The translations under genes were made by a program, and so were the position numbers. Below, one piece after another: positions 26,716 through 40,553 of a stretch of 64,000 bases of DNA. Position 1 is the stretch's first letter, and every line of letters starts with the position of its first letter. Source of the DNA: Eledone cirrhosa (lineage: Eukaryota); NCBI GenBank assembly GCA_964016885.1, contig OZ024745.1, positions 68,696,001 to 68,760,000 of the forward strand, in the 5' to 3' direction. Under the pieces are notes generated by a model. It was not told the origin of the DNA. It searched no databases and saw only the letters and a program-made list of their open reading frames with translations.

Positions 26716-26931
26716 TTAACCCTTTGGCATTTAAACTGGCCGTATTTGGCCAGAATTCTTTCTCCTGTTTCTGTTCAAACTGGCTCTAATCGGCTGCTCA
26801 TATTAACATTAAGGTATTGTTCTCAAAATGAATAATATCAAAATCTTGTAGATTAGATCTTATGTGAGATAATGCCGTTACTGTGAAAATACAATAGTAA
26901 ATATAGAGTAATGTAAAAGCTAAAGGGTTAA
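26716..26931. mobile_element. piggyBac-like MITE P1 (opposite orientation)
   Basis: TTAACCCTTTGGCATTT ... AGCTAAAGGGTTAA. Confidence 0.85.
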
Positions 26932-29714
26932 AGTGTCTTTACTAGAGAACAGATTCTTGTGTATTTTTGCTGTAAACTAAATTTATTGTGATGTCATCAT
27001 AGTGCAGTTTAGTATTTTCTTAGAGATTGTTTGTTAATGAAGTTTCATGTGGCACAGGACATCAAGAGTTAATACTAATGTCAGAACCTCGATCTTTTTT
27101 CAACTATAAGGTTTTGTAATGTGATAACTTTTCTACTTTTATCAGAAGTATTTTTGTCTTTTGTCAAAAGTAATTAAGATGCCTCATTATCCTTAACATC
27201 ATCACAATTGTTTTTACATCTGCTTGTCTATGCTGACATTGGTTGAATGAGATATTCAAAAGTAGTTCTCTGTGGTTAGATGCTATTTATGATGCCAAGC
27301 CATTTTTAAATGTAAGGTACTGAACTACCCATGTAAAACCAATGAGCTGCAGAACATATTGTTTATCTAATACATTAAGAAGCAGTAACATGGAGATAAA
27401 AGTACTCATATACATTCATGCATATATAGAACAGGCTTCTGTACTGTTACAACCTGCTAAATTCACTCATAAAGCATTTATTAACCTAAAGATATAGTAA
27501 AAGACATGTTCAAAGTGCCACACAGTGGGAGAGAAGTTGAAACCACATGGTTGTGAAGAAACCTTTTAACCACACAGTCATGGACATTTCTATAAAGATA
27601 TTAAGTTTTGGCTTCAATGGTTTTAGTCAGAAGTAATTAAAATGTCTTTAAGAATATAAAGGGTTGCTCTGCCTGTCTTTCTTTGGTTAGGAGTAATTAA
27701 AGATGCCTTTGACAATATAAAGGTTTCTCCCCTTTTTGTGTTTAGCCAGAACTAATTAAAGTTCTATGATGTTATAAACCATTCACCTTTCCTCTCATTG
27801 GTCAGGGTTAATTATGACATCTATAAGAACATAAAGGTTTGACCTTTGTCTTTGGATAGAAGTAATCAAGATGACACATCATCATCCTTATAATCCACCA
27901 CCACCAGCAGTGCTATCAGCACCATCCACACTAGCATCAACATCATCATTACCACCACAATCAGTGTTACCAGTACCACCATCACTACCATCAACATGAT
28001 GGTCATCATTTTATGTCCACTTTCCATGTTGGCATGGCTTACTTGACCATTAATGAATTAATTCTTATTCAGCACTACTGTCCACCTAAATGGGTTGGAT
28101 GATCATGTTTCAATAGCTCAGAAAATACAAAACTTTGCCTTCTTTGTTTAAAATAATCCAAGAATTTTAATTTTGTTTCTCTGAAATTATTAGTCATTTT
28201 GTGTCAGCAAGTTCAACACTATTATAGCCTACCACTGTCATATATAATAATTAATGTATGTCTATATCATCATCATCATTTTAAGCCTGTTTTCCAGACT
28301 GGCATGGGTTGGATAGGTTATCACAGTCTGTGGCTTGACAGGCTGGAGAGACCTCATCTTGCTCATATATTCCAAATTTGACATGGTTTCAACTGCAGGG
28401 TGTATTAGGTGGGTTTTATCATGTCACCAGCATTACCACAATGAAAAAGAACATAGGAGAACTATACTATGCAATGATGATACATTTTAGTTTAACACTA
28501 GATAATGTAGAAAAAGGGTCTTAATGTTTTGGATGTTATTCTTTCATTGGAAGATAGAATGGAAGATAAAAGAAATAGAAAGGAAGATAAAAGAAATAGA
28601 AAGGAAGAAATAGAAAACAAATTGTTTGCAGAGTAAAGTATGTGTGTGTGTATAATCAGCCAGCTGGTAACTCTTCCATCAAGCTCTCACTACCATTTCT
28701 TGGCTCCTTCCTGCCTCTCCCCATTTCCAAGAAATTCTATAAATTCTGTTGAAATAATCACAACTCAGTGCTGTAGCTATGATAAGGCAAGTAAAGGCTA
28801 CCTCTAAAAAAGCCTAGTCTTTGCAGGGTTTCAAAAAGTAACAGATTAGTGTCTGGTGCAAATAAGACCACCAAAAACTGCAATATGGTAAAAGGAACAA
28901 AAAAGAACCATACCACATCTTCCTTCACATGGGTTAACAAGGGATGCATTCAGACCTTACGGAGTGGGGCCTGATCGAAAAATATATTGCAGTCTCCATT
29001 TCATGCAGCAAAAACAGGCGATGGGCCTGTGATCTGTCCTGGGAGGTGTGGGGTGGATGCACAAAGATTGTGTACCCCAAGATCTCAAAGAGGGTTTGGA
29101 AGGAAGCAAACCTTGACCTGTTGAAGAATTACCCTCTAGTTTTACAATCTTTCTTGTGCCCACTCTGTAAAGTGGCAGTGGTAATACTAGTGGCAAGATA
29201 AAATGTACCATCCTGTATAATGGTAGTGCATTCAGTCCACAATGTAAAGTAGTAGTTTAGTATTGTAATAAAATTCACCCAGTACACAATGTAAAGTGGT
29301 TGGCATTAGGAAGGATATCCAGCTGAAGAAACCATACTAAATTGAAATGTATAAACAAGAACTGATCATCTGATCTGTCATATCTCAGGACATGACCGGT
29401 CTGACCCATGCCAGCAGGAAAAAAAAGACAAAATGGTGATGATGATGTGATGACAATAACACTCCACACATTTATATATAAATGAAAATGAAATGAACTT
29501 TACAGCTCTCATCCATGTAGGTTTAGCTGGCTTCCTCCAAGTTTACATCTCATAGTAGGTTTCTTTGATACTTTAATGATAGGGGTCTTGGATTTGTGAA
29601 AAGCAATATGAAATTAAACATATTAGTCAAAAACACAATGTGCCCCATAGTCCAGGAATTGAACCCACTATCATGATTCCAACACCTTAACCACTTGGTC
29701 ACATACCTTGCCTA

Positions 29715-29800
29715 CATACACACACACACGCATGCATATATATATATATATATATATATGCATATATATATATATATATGCATATATATATATATGCATA

Positions 29801-29837
<37 letters not shown>

Positions 29838-29964
29838 GCATATATATATATATATATACATATGCATATATATATATATATATACATATGCATATATATA
29901 TATATATATATACATATGCATATATATATATATATATATATGCATATATATATATATATACATA

Positions 29965-30000
<36 letters not shown>

Positions 30001-30060
30001 TATATATATATATAATATATATATATATGCATATATATATATATATATAATATATATATA
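29715..30060. repeat. (TA)n tract punctuated by TGCA/CATATG
   Basis: Direct reading. It accounts for six overlapping YI-repeat ORFs. Confidence 0.95.
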
Positions 30061-30067
30061 GATAGAT

Positions 30068-30391
30068 AGAGGCACATGGCTTGGTGGTTAGAGCATAGCA
30101 TTGGCCTTGCAATCAAAAGGTTGTGAGTTCAATTCTCAGAGCGGGTGATGTGTTGTTTCCTTGAGCAAGACACTTTATTTCACATTGCTCCAGTTTACTC
30201 AGATGTAGAAATGTAGAAATGAGATGATAGGGACTGGAGGTGCCACGGCAAAAAAGCACCCAGCCCACACTGTAAATGAGATTGGTGTTAGGAAGGACAT
30301 CCAGCTGTAAAAATCAAGCCGGAATCAGTTCCCATCCCACCCTTGCAAGCAGGGAAAAGCGGATATAAAATGATAATGATGATGATGATGA

Positions 30392-30395
<4 letters not shown>
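30068..30395 (+). mobile_element. CORE-type tRNA SINE with RTE family B tail (internally deleted)
   Basis: A box TGGCTTGGTGG, B box GAGTTCAATTC, CORE-like CCTTGAGCAAGACACTTTATTTCACATTGCTCCAG, then GGAGGTGCCACGGCAAAAAAGCACCCAGCCCACACTGTAAA as at 858-899; (GAT)n tail. Confidence 0.85.
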
Positions 30396-30477
<82 letters not shown>

Positions 30478-31389
30478 AGAGAGAGAGAGAGAGAAAGATG
30501 ATTGATTATCTGCTTCAATTTTGAAATATTAGCATATTGACCTAACTATAGCCTAACCACCTGTGGAGAATATTTTCTGAGTTTGCCAAAGCAACAATCA
30601 TTGATGAAGTAGTTGCCAGCACATCCTGATGTTGGCAGTACATTCTACTATTTAGACTCCCTATATGTTTTTTTTTTTTCAATGTTTTACCCCACAACCA
30701 GACATTAATCATGTGTAGTCCAAATTACTCCTATTTCTGCTTTTATTCCTGGAAAGATAAAAAGGGTAGAGAGGACTCTTCAGTCATGTGAAAGATAAAA
30801 CTATCTCTAGTGCTGGTATATGATAAAAATCACTCTGTAAAGTGGTTGGTGTTAGGAAAAGTAACCAGCTTTAGAAGCAATACCAAGTATATGTAAGAGC
30901 AAATTGAAGTTTCTTTGACTTGTCTAATCTCAGAATGTAACAAACTGTCCAAACCAAACTGATGATGAGGTTAAGGAGGAGGTGGGGGGGGGGGATTTGC
31001 GCTCTGGTGGATTGGTTGTTGGAGTAAAGTTATTGAACTGCTGTTTCATCCTGTGGGTTGTTGTTATTTAGTCCCAAGTCAGCCTTGAATCAGCAGGACT
31101 ATTATCAAAGGCATTCCAGCCATGGAAATCCCATCTTATTTATTTATAACTTATATAATCTAATTATTTTATAAACAAGTGTGAATTTTTCTTCCAACTT
31201 TGATAAAGAAAGATATTGGAATTATCTGTGAAATTTATTTAATCCTTCTGGTACCATCCTGACTCAAACTACTTGTTGTTCTATGAAACAAACCTACCCA
31301 GTTTAAAGAGTTCCTTTTTAAATTAAAATCTTTCAACATAATTTTATATAAGAACTGGATGTTAAGTTACTATCCTCTAAGTCTAAAGT

Positions 31390-31650
31390 CTGTCTTGAGC
31401 CTGAAGGCTCGTCTGGCTGCATAGTGTGAAGCAACTGAGAGTACATGACTTACCCCTAGACAGGATGCCAGTCAATTGAAGGTTTAAACCCCCAGCTATT
31501 GCTGGTACTCACTTTCAGCTGAAAATACTGGAGCAACATGAAATGAAGTGTTTTGCTCAAGAACACAACACACTACACATACTAGAAATTGAAGCCATAA
31601 CATTATGACCGTAGGTCCAATACACTTACCACTAGGTCACTTGCCTCCAC
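31390..31650 (-). mobile_element. CORE-type tRNA SINE (degraded)
   Basis: Reverse complement gives GTGGAGGCAAGTGACCTAGTGG...GTTGTGTTCTTGAGCAAAACACTTCATTTC. Confidence 0.7.
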
Positions 31651-32209
31651 AAGTTACTTAGTAATGAAATAATTTATAATTTTAGTCATTCTCTCAAAAT
31701 TCTTCATTGATTAATTGAAATAGATAGTATTTCATTAGAAATGGCCGTGAAAGGGTTAAGGAACTGAACACATTTTGAAATATAGTGTTTTATAAAAGAG
31801 AAACAAATCAATTCAACATTATTATTAATCAGAATCCAAGAAACTGGTAATTATAAGACCAATGTTTTCCTTATAGACATTATTGAGGACACTGAAGCAT
31901 ATAGTTCCAAGTATGAGTGAAATTTGTGGATCCAAGTATGAATATAATAACTATAATAATGATTTCCAATGTATCTGCAGAAGGGAAGTAGTTGTTTATA
32001 TGAACTCAGTTTATGACTGGTATTTATTTTGTAAATCTCAAAAGGATGAAAGGCAATGTCAATGACCCTGAAATAGAGTAATTATGATAATAAAGGCTGT
32101 ATAATTACAAAGAAGTACAGATGAAAGAGGGTAAGATATGAGAGATTAAGATAAAAATGGATATAAAAAGATTTAAAAAAATGTTCCTGTATAAAAACAG
32201 ATTTAACAA

Positions 32210-32606
32210 AAATTTTGTGAAGATCAGAAAGAAATGAAGCTAGTATGTTTTCTGGATGTATAATGTTAGTGTGCATGAAAACAAAACACAGATATGATGA
32301 AGGAAACATTGGGCATAAGGGAAATTGGATGTAGTGTTCAAAAAAGAAGATTGTGCTGGTGTGGACACAGGATACATATGGATGATGATTGTTGGGTGAA
32401 GATGTGCAAAAACCATATCAGTGGAAAGTAACAGAAGAAGAAGACCTAGGAAAACCTGGGCAGAAATTGTGAGAGTTGATCTGAAGGTACTGAACCTCAC
32501 AGAGGCGGTAACATAGAAATGTGACAGGCAGAGGAAATCTTTGCAGGCAATAACTCATCCAGTCCATGCAATCATGGAAAGGCAGATGTATAAATGATGA
32601 GGATGA
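32210..32606 (+). mobile_element. Old RTE ORF2 3' fragment
   Basis: Translates, with breaks, to WMYNVSV..LGIREIGCSVQKRRLCWCGH..RPRKTWAEIVRVDL; RTE-type tail. Confidence 0.8.
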
Positions 32607-33514
32607 ACAAAAATGTTAAAATGACCATCAGTAGCATTTGAAATTAGAACACAAAATGCAAGAACAGATATTGCTGGGTATCTTACCCAACACTCTGTTA
32701 TTCATTGCCATGGACAGGTACTTTATTTTATCAATCTCCAAAAAATGAAAGGCAAAGTTAACCTTGACAGAATTTGAATTCAGAATGCAGAGTTGCAGTG
32801 AATATCCAAAGATATTTTATGCGATGCTCTACCGACTACCAATTAACTGCTATATATCTAATGATGTATTAATGAGTCAGTGAATAATAATTGTTTCTAC
32901 TTTTGGCCAGCAATTACCCCAGTGCATTACTGGTGCTTTATTTTATCGAGCCCATAAGGATGAAAGGCAAAGTTAACTTCAGTGGGATTTGAACTCAGAA
33001 CGTAAAAGGCCATAACTCTATGCTGCGAAACATGGTGTCTGACGCTCTACCGAAAGAATAATAGTGATTTTTAACTTTTGGCACAAAACCAGATATTGTA
33101 CAAAAGGGGGTTTACATTTGTTAATAGCAGTGTATGACTGGTATTTAATTAATTGCAGATGGATGAATTTTTAGGTGGTTTGAGCACAGAATCTAAACAA
33201 ATAATGATGCTCATTATTTTTGTCATACCCCCAAGGCTCTGTAGTAAGGAACTTTCATGTTATATTTACATACCTGAATCATATTAAAACAATAAAGTCA
33301 TTTTAACCTTGAATTATCTGTTTGATGAGTTAACATGCAAGCGGTTAAATATCCTACAAACATATGTATCCTTAACCCTTTCATTCCACACAGGCTTCTT
33401 TGCAACACTGTACAAACATGCAAGTTACATATACACACATATACCCACCCACATACATACATACATATATGTATATCACACATACACTTACATGCATACA
33501 AACAGGGAGGCACT

Positions 33515-33780
33515 CTGTCAGTTATGATCAACTAATTAACGTGCAAGTGGCCGAGCATTCCACAGACACAGGTACCCTTTATGTAGTTCTCAGGGAGATT
33601 CAGTGTGATACAGTGTGTAATAAGGCCGGCCCATCGAACTACAGGTACAACTCCTTTTTGCCAGCTGAGTTGACTGGAGCAACGTGAAATAAAGTGTCTT
33701 CCACATAACACGGTACTGGGAATCAAACTCACAACCTTACGATTGTGAGCTGAATACCTTAACCACAAAGCCACATGCCT
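33515..33780 (-). mobile_element. CORE-type tRNA SINE
   Basis: Reverse complement: GGCATGTGGCTTTGTGGTTAAGG...GTGAGTTTGATTCCC, then CORE-like AAGACACTTTATTTCACGTTGCTCCAG. Confidence 0.8.
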
Positions 33781-34965
33781 TTACATGCTTACATGCATAC
33801 ATACACACACACATGTATATCTACACATACACTTACATACACCTGTATTATTTCCTCACATACAGCCATATTATCTCCTCATACACGCAATGGGCCGGCC
33901 TCTGTCAGTTTCAACATTGAGTGTTCCTGTTGTTTACTCAACAGAACAGTCAACTCATAAAATTAACATGCAAGTGGCTGAGCATTTCAATGACACATAT
34001 GTCCTTAACATACACCTCGGTAAGATTCGGTGTGACACAATATGGGACAAGGCTAGTTTTTAATCCTATGTATAACACACACACAGTTACCTTTACAAAG
34101 AATCCTTGGCTACAGTAAAACTAATTACCTTACCCAAGAAGCAATGCAGTGGAATCGAACCTAGAATCTCATGATTGTAAAGCAAACATCAGTGATGGTG
34201 AAGGTGATTGTAGTAGTAGCAATAGTGGTAATAGAAGTTGTGGTGTTGGGATGATGATGGTGGTGGTGGTAGTGCTGTATTCATAAATGTGAGTAAACAT
34301 ACCAAAACACACATGTTTGATATCTGAATGAGGTATTTTTTTTTGTTAGAGTTTAGATAAATATAAGTTATTTTACATATTAGATCTAATGTATGTTAGT
34401 CTGTTTTGGTGCTGTTTAGCCCCAGGTGAATGCTAATCAAGCAGGCCTATAATCAAAGATTAAAGTCAGCTGTGACCATATAGCCTTTTGGGGGGAGCTT
34501 CCTTTACACATATCATATTTTGGTGGGGATTTTTTTTTACTCATGTCATATTGATTACAGGTATTCGGTTTTAATATAGCAGGAAGTGATTTGAAAGAGA
34601 TTTGGCTGCTACTTCTAGAACAATATTAGGTTGCTGTATTTAAAAAAAATCTAAATTTAGATAATGGAGGACAGTAGCTATGATAATGTAATAGCTTGGT
34701 CAGAGTGACCCATCCAACTCATGCTAGTGTGGACACATGATGATTTCACCTTGTTAAACATGAATAGAAACAAAACAATAATACTTAAAAGCCTCAGATA
34801 TAAAAGTCTGAGAGAAAACTGCAATCTACAAAAACTTTAGTATGTATATGATGGAAAGGAAATCACAAAATATCAACTAACAGAGAGAAAGAGAGAGGGA
34901 GAGAGTGTGAGAGAAAGAGCATATGTAAGCTAATAAAAGATGAAGAAATATCAAGATTGACTTAC

Positions 34966-35019
34966 ATCACTTAAAATGTTATATATTTCCACAGATTTGG
35001 CAAATTAGTAGCATGTATC
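34966..35019 (-). pseudogene. Candidate 54-nt exon with an in-frame stop
   Basis: tgtgtag|GATACA...AGTGAT|gtaagt; DTCY*FAKSVEIYNILSD. Confidence 0.22.
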
Positions 35020-35894
35020 CTACACACATACATTGGTGTGGTGTTGATCTGTCAGCAATCCAACATAGAATGAGGAAAGTACTAAAACACAGAGGATGGG
35101 TTTACTACCACTCCCAGAGAGATAGGGTCTGAATCTCACTAAGGTAGGGTACAGGGTACATATAATGAATCAGAAAAGGCTTGAAATCACTTTATCAGAT
35201 TACATATTGAACTATTATTAAACACTAAGGTTGATAGATAACCAACAATTGTGGAGTCAGAAAATGTTCTATTAATTGCTGAAAGTTTCAGTCATCATTT
35301 TACCACGCTGGTCATTATGATTCTGAGTCAGTTTTTATTCAAAGGTGAGAGAATCATGCTTTATCCACATGTTCTATTTTATCATAGCTTTTACTTATGG
35401 ATTACCTGACTAACACAAGCTCCTTTACAGAGTGTAAAGGGTCATGTCATTAGCCAGACTAAAAAGTCTTCTATCCTACATTAACTCTGTTCAACCAACA
35501 ATCACTTTACAAGAAATACTGGGTGCATTTTGTCATGACACCAGCACTAGAGAAATTGTCAAGTCCTTGGCATGATTAAAAAATCTTCTCTACTTTGATT
35601 GAGTGCCATCCATTTAACAGAGTGTACTGGGTGCATTTTATCAGGGCAGCCACACTAGAGATATTGCCTTGTTTACTGCAAAGCTAAAGGGCCCTCTTCC
35701 CTCTACATAGTGTCTGTTCTCTCAATGCAAATGTGATATGACTAAGACAAGGAAAAGAGTGGCAGCCATGAGATTGAAAGAGGAGTGAGCATGACTGTGA
35801 GGGTGAACAAATGTACACAATAACGGCCAAACTTAAATTTTAAATTATAGGTTTCTATGATGTAAAATATTTTATTCAGAATCAAATAAATACA

Positions 35895-37275
35895 ATTTAA
35901 CCCTTTTGATGCCAACCTGGCTCAAGCCTATGCTGGCTATATGATACAAAACTACCTGTTGTAAAGACTTATATTAAAATTTTCCAGCATAATTTTATGT
36001 AAATCTTTTTGTTAAGTAATGTTCTAAACACCAGTTTAATATTGTAAAAAGATTATTTTACTAAATTTCTCCAAATTTCTGACTATTTTAAAAATAACTG
36101 AAATATATTGACAGCATATTTCACTAGAATTATTGTATCAAAAGCGTCTATATAGAAAAAAGAAAATGGTGGCAGATATTTAGATAACTTGTAACCAAGT
36201 ATTATTGTAAAGGTCCCAGATTAATGATGAGAAAGTTAGTTATATTACAAAATCCCTCCAAATGCTTAATGTTTTTTCAAAATTATTTGCAAAGCATTTG
36301 CATTCATTAGAAATATGGCAACAAAAGAGCCTTTATTAAGATATAAACACCAATGCAACCTGTTCATTACCATATTTTAAATAAAATACACAGTGTATGC
36401 ATTTCAGTTAATTTTGAAAATGAACAGTAATTTGTATGAATTTAGTAAAATAACTAACCCTTTTCATTAACAAGTTTGTGTTTGGAGCATTACATAATAA
36501 ATTATGATAGAATGTTTTAATATAAACACTTTAAAACAAGAAGTTTTGAATCTTAGAACCATGACCAGTTTCAATGTATATAGTATTAAAAAAGTTAATA
36601 ATGAGAAAATCAGTTATATTACTAAATTCCTCCAAATTCTTGATTATTTTCTAAATTATTTGAAAATTATAGGCAATATCTCCATTAGAAATATAGTAAT
36701 GAAAAGGTTAAAGTGTTTATAATTATCTAGAAACCGTCCATCATAATTTTATATACAAACCTTTGTCAAGTTGTTCCAAACGCCAGCTTAATAATGAGAA
36801 AGTTAAATGTATACTAAAGCCTGCCTGATTCTTGATTATTTTCGAAATTATTTGAAAAAATATAGGAAAAATGGTAATGAAAGAGTCAACCTGTTATAGG
36901 GTCTATGTTTAGCATTATTAAGCTGGTGTTTACAACATAAATTAACACTTTAGCATTTACATTACTCTATATTTACTATAATATTTACATGGTAAAGGCT
37001 TTACCTCACATAATTGTCTCACCTAATATCAAATCTATTAGATTTTGATATTTATTTTGAGAGCAATACCTAACCTCAGTATGAGCAGCCAGTTACAGCT
37101 GCTTTGAACAGAAAGAGGTGAGAGAATTCTGGCTGGATACGGCCAGTTTAAATGCTAATGGGTTTAGAAAGATTCTTATAAAAACTGTTGATGGAAAGTT
37201 TTTAGATAAGTATAAACACTTTAAGGTAAACAACTAGTGTTGGTTTCTGATATTTTGGTACGAAAATGGTTAAGT
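35895..37275. mobile_element. Large nest of piggyBac-like MITEs (P2 fragments plus a P1 copy at 36942-37166)
   Basis: Several TTAACCCTT / AAAGGTTAA ends and repeated internal blocks in both orientations. Confidence 0.7.
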
Positions 37276-37307
37276 AGTAGTAATAATAAAGAAGAGAAAA
37301 CATTTCT

Positions 37308-37420
37308 TCAGCTAAGGTTTTTTAATCTAAAATCATCTGTATAATATGAATCATCTGATTTTGAACCACTGTCACTTCTGACAATGTGTGTTCCAGTTGT
37401 TTGACCAATAGAGACTAGCC
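37308..37420 (-). pseudogene. Candidate exon
   Basis: tgcttcttattcaaag|GGCTAGTC...; (G)LVSIGQTTGTHIVRSDSGSKSDDSYYTDDFRLKNLS*. Confidence 0.3.
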
Positions 37421-37806
37421 CTTTGAATAAGAAGCACAACTTATATTTGTCAGCTGAGAGAACAAGACCAACATGAAATAAAGAATGCTCTTGCTTGAGG
37501 ACACAAAGTGTTGCTGGGAAACAAGGCAACTTTTCATTTATATAATATACAGAATGCATGTAACATAAAGCAGTTGTATAATATAAGAATGAACAATCCT
37601 AATTAAGAAGCATTTGTTAAGATTTCTACATTATGTGGTTCCTGTTTATATGTTTATAGGCTATATTTCATTTCCAATATCAATTCTGAGAGTAGGCTTC
37701 TCACATGTGTGAACAATATTCTAATTGGAAATGAGAAAGGGAAGAAGATATTCTTTTGGATATTGTCCAGCAGGAAAGGTAAATCATATGGAGTGAAAAC
37801 ATTAGA

Positions 37807-37864
<58 letters not shown>

Positions 37865-39045
37865 CATTTCCATGCTAACACACGCACACACATAACTAAA
37901 ATGGTGTGGCATGGGATAAAAGGTGTGGAAAATTAGTGGAAAACGTTTGTTAAACAATTATTATTATTTCTATGGTAGAAAGGAACTTCTCTAAACAATC
38001 ACCACCACCACCACCACCACTATGTTTTTACATCTGCTGCTCTTTATGTTGAATGAGTTCAGCTGAGTATCTGGCCTTGCTCCAGCTGGCCTTTACACAT
38101 TTCCTGTTAACCTCAACTCATTGTAGGATTTCCTTGATTTGTCTGATTACCTCATATTATTCACACCATCATGGCTGCTACCACCACCACCACCACCACC
38201 ACTACTTCCGTCACCATCCCTACTGCAACCATAATGTTCACCACTGCTACTACTACCATCACTTCAACCATTACTGCCATAATTACCACCATTCTACTAC
38301 TGCTACCACCTACTACAACTAATACCACTAGCTAGCATCACTCTGGAACAAGCTGTTGAAATAGCAAGAGCTCAGCTGTCGGGGTCCCAACTCTTTATAA
38401 TATAACCCTACTCTACTACCCCAAGTATCGAGTACTCTGTTGAGTAATGGTCTAACTAGTTTCATATTGAATCCATCCTGATTTATATATATATGAAAGC
38501 ATGGAATTGATGAGGGGAGGATGCAAACAAAGCAAAATGAAGAAGCTTGTAATGGTCTGACTCTAGTCAAGAAAATAGCTATAAAACAAATGGGTTTGTT
38601 ATATATTTCTGAGTGTGTGCGTTTTGCTTCAAATTTGGCAAAGCTAGCTAGTGACTCTTCTTTATATCCTGCATAAATAAAAGTTCCATGGATGAGTGAT
38701 TCAGTGTGCAACCTTACTTAAGAAAAAAAATAGCCAAAAGTTGGCCGTAGGAAGGGCATTTATAGAATACTGCCTCAAAATGTCTTGTACAACACATGCT
38801 AGATGCTGATCATGATGGTGATGATGACAACTAGATTCCAGAATATACAGAGAGATACTGTATTTATTTATTCAGTCAAGCGTTTTGACTGGAATAATTG
38901 TTTTTACTTTTAATAATAATTGTTTCAAGCCTTTTGACAGAAATAATGTGGAGTGAAACTATATAGAAGCCCATCTGATGGATTGTACTTGTAATCCTAT
39001 GGTCTAGCTGGATGCTCGAATTAGTCTTGTAATACACTAATATAC

Positions 39046-39229
39046 CTGCACACAGACTTTACATGAATAAGCCCAAGTGGCCTTTTGTAACATGGTTTTT
39101 TTTCTTTATATTTTCTATGGAAATTATTTATTCTCATTATTTTCTTTGTTACAAAATTCATGTAAAAGCATTTGTAAACATGATTTTTGATACCCCAGAC
39201 ATTCGTTATCAAAGGCTTCTATGTATATC
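39046..39229 (-). pseudogene. Candidate frameshifted exon
   Basis: catctag|G ATA TAC...TGC AG|gtatat. Reads IYIEAFDNECLGYQKSCLQMLLHEFCNKENNE, then after a frameshift NFHRKYKEKKPCYKRPLGLIHVKSVCR. Confidence 0.3.
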
Positions 39230-39406
39230 CTAGATGATCAATTCTCTGTTGTAATACTTGATGGAAGCTACCAATAATGCTGTTAGATCACATGAAGTAA
39301 AAAATTTACAATCTCAATAAACTATCAGAAGACAAGCTGTGTTTTTTTGTGATATATTAAGGGAAGGCAAAGAGAACTCTCTTGACAACTTTCATTAATA
39401 TATAAC

Positions 39407-39562
39407 CGGACGCCATGCTTTCCAGCATAGTTACGTCCCTTTACGATCTGAGTTCAAATCCCGCCGAGGTTGACTTTGCCTTTCATCCTTACGGGGTCGA
39501 TAAAATAAAGTACTAGTAATGCACTGGGTAATTGCTGGCCTTGTGCCTAAAGTAGAAACAAT
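39407..39562 (+). mobile_element. Young 5'-truncated family A SINE
   Basis: Nearly the exact reverse complement of 41910-42065. Confidence 0.9.
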
Positions 39563-39570
39563 TAATATAT

Positions 39571-40553
39571 ATCATCATCATCATCATCAGCGTTTAACGT
39601 CCGTGTTCCACGCTTGCATGGGTTTGGACGGGGGTAGTCCCACTTGAGGCAAGAGTGATTGTCTTGCTCGCATAGGACTGTCTGGCAGGTTTTCTACAGT
39701 TGGATGCCCTTCCTAACACCAACCACATTTACAGTGTGGGTCTGGGAGGTTTTTACCGTGTTGCCTACACGGCCACATTACAGCGTGGACTGTGTGTTTT
39801 TTTGTCGTGACACCTACACGATCTCATTTGTTTCGGCCTCGATGGCGCGGCACCAACATAACTTTACATAGAACGGGGTGGTGTGGATCGGGTGGGGGTG
39901 GTGGGACGGGGTGTATTTGTTAGAGATGCCTACTGGCTGGAGTAGGTTTTACTATATATTTAGGTAAGGCGGGTCTTCTCTGTTACTGAGTACCGCCAAA
40001 GGTCTCGGTCCAGTGACATTGTCTTGGAGAGGTGTAAGTGTGTGATGTCGGAGTTTATCAGCTCGTCCCAGGTTTTTCTAGGTCTGCCTATTCCGTGACT
40101 ACCGTCTATCTTTATTGCCCTGCACTTTGTTATACAGCTATCGACTTTCATGCGCATCACGTGTCCATACCAACGTAGCCTTCTCTCGAGTAAACAACAT
40201 CTGATCCCTCTTATCTCTAATTTATTCCTTAGTTCGTTTATGCTTTGCCGTTCACGTATATTACTGTTACACATCCAGCGGAGCATGCAAGCTTCGTTCC
40301 TCTCTAGTCTGCGTATATCCTCTGCACACAATGCCCAGGTCTCACTGCCATGCAGCATTGCTGTTCGTATGCAGGCATCGTACAACCTGCCTTTCATTTT
40401 TAGTGAGAACCCTTTAGCAGCTAATAGTGGTATAAGCTCTCTGAACTTTTTCCAACCAGTTCTGACTCTAGCTACAGTACTTTCAGAGCACCCTCCCCCA
40501 CTGCTGATTTTATCGCCCAGGTAACGGAAGCTGTCCACTATTTGTCCACTATT
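39571..40553 (-). mobile_element. 5'-truncated RTE family A copy
   Basis: ORF 39960-40538 is nearly identical to the C-terminal part of the 9-kb copy and keeps the Trp that is a stop there. Single 112-bp 3'UTR unit; inserted in ATATAT. Confidence 0.97.

Noticed and set aside
29671-30116. Long YI/IY-, SL-, ER-, HT- and poly-H/I ORFs (also at 6232, 11408, 42702, 50479, 58726, 63038 and others)
   Set aside because: They are translations of microsatellites that lack stop codons, not genes.
38328-38711. 127-aa minus-strand ORF
   Set aside because: No recognisable motif or convincing donor. It may belong to the decayed exon trail but is unsupported on its own.
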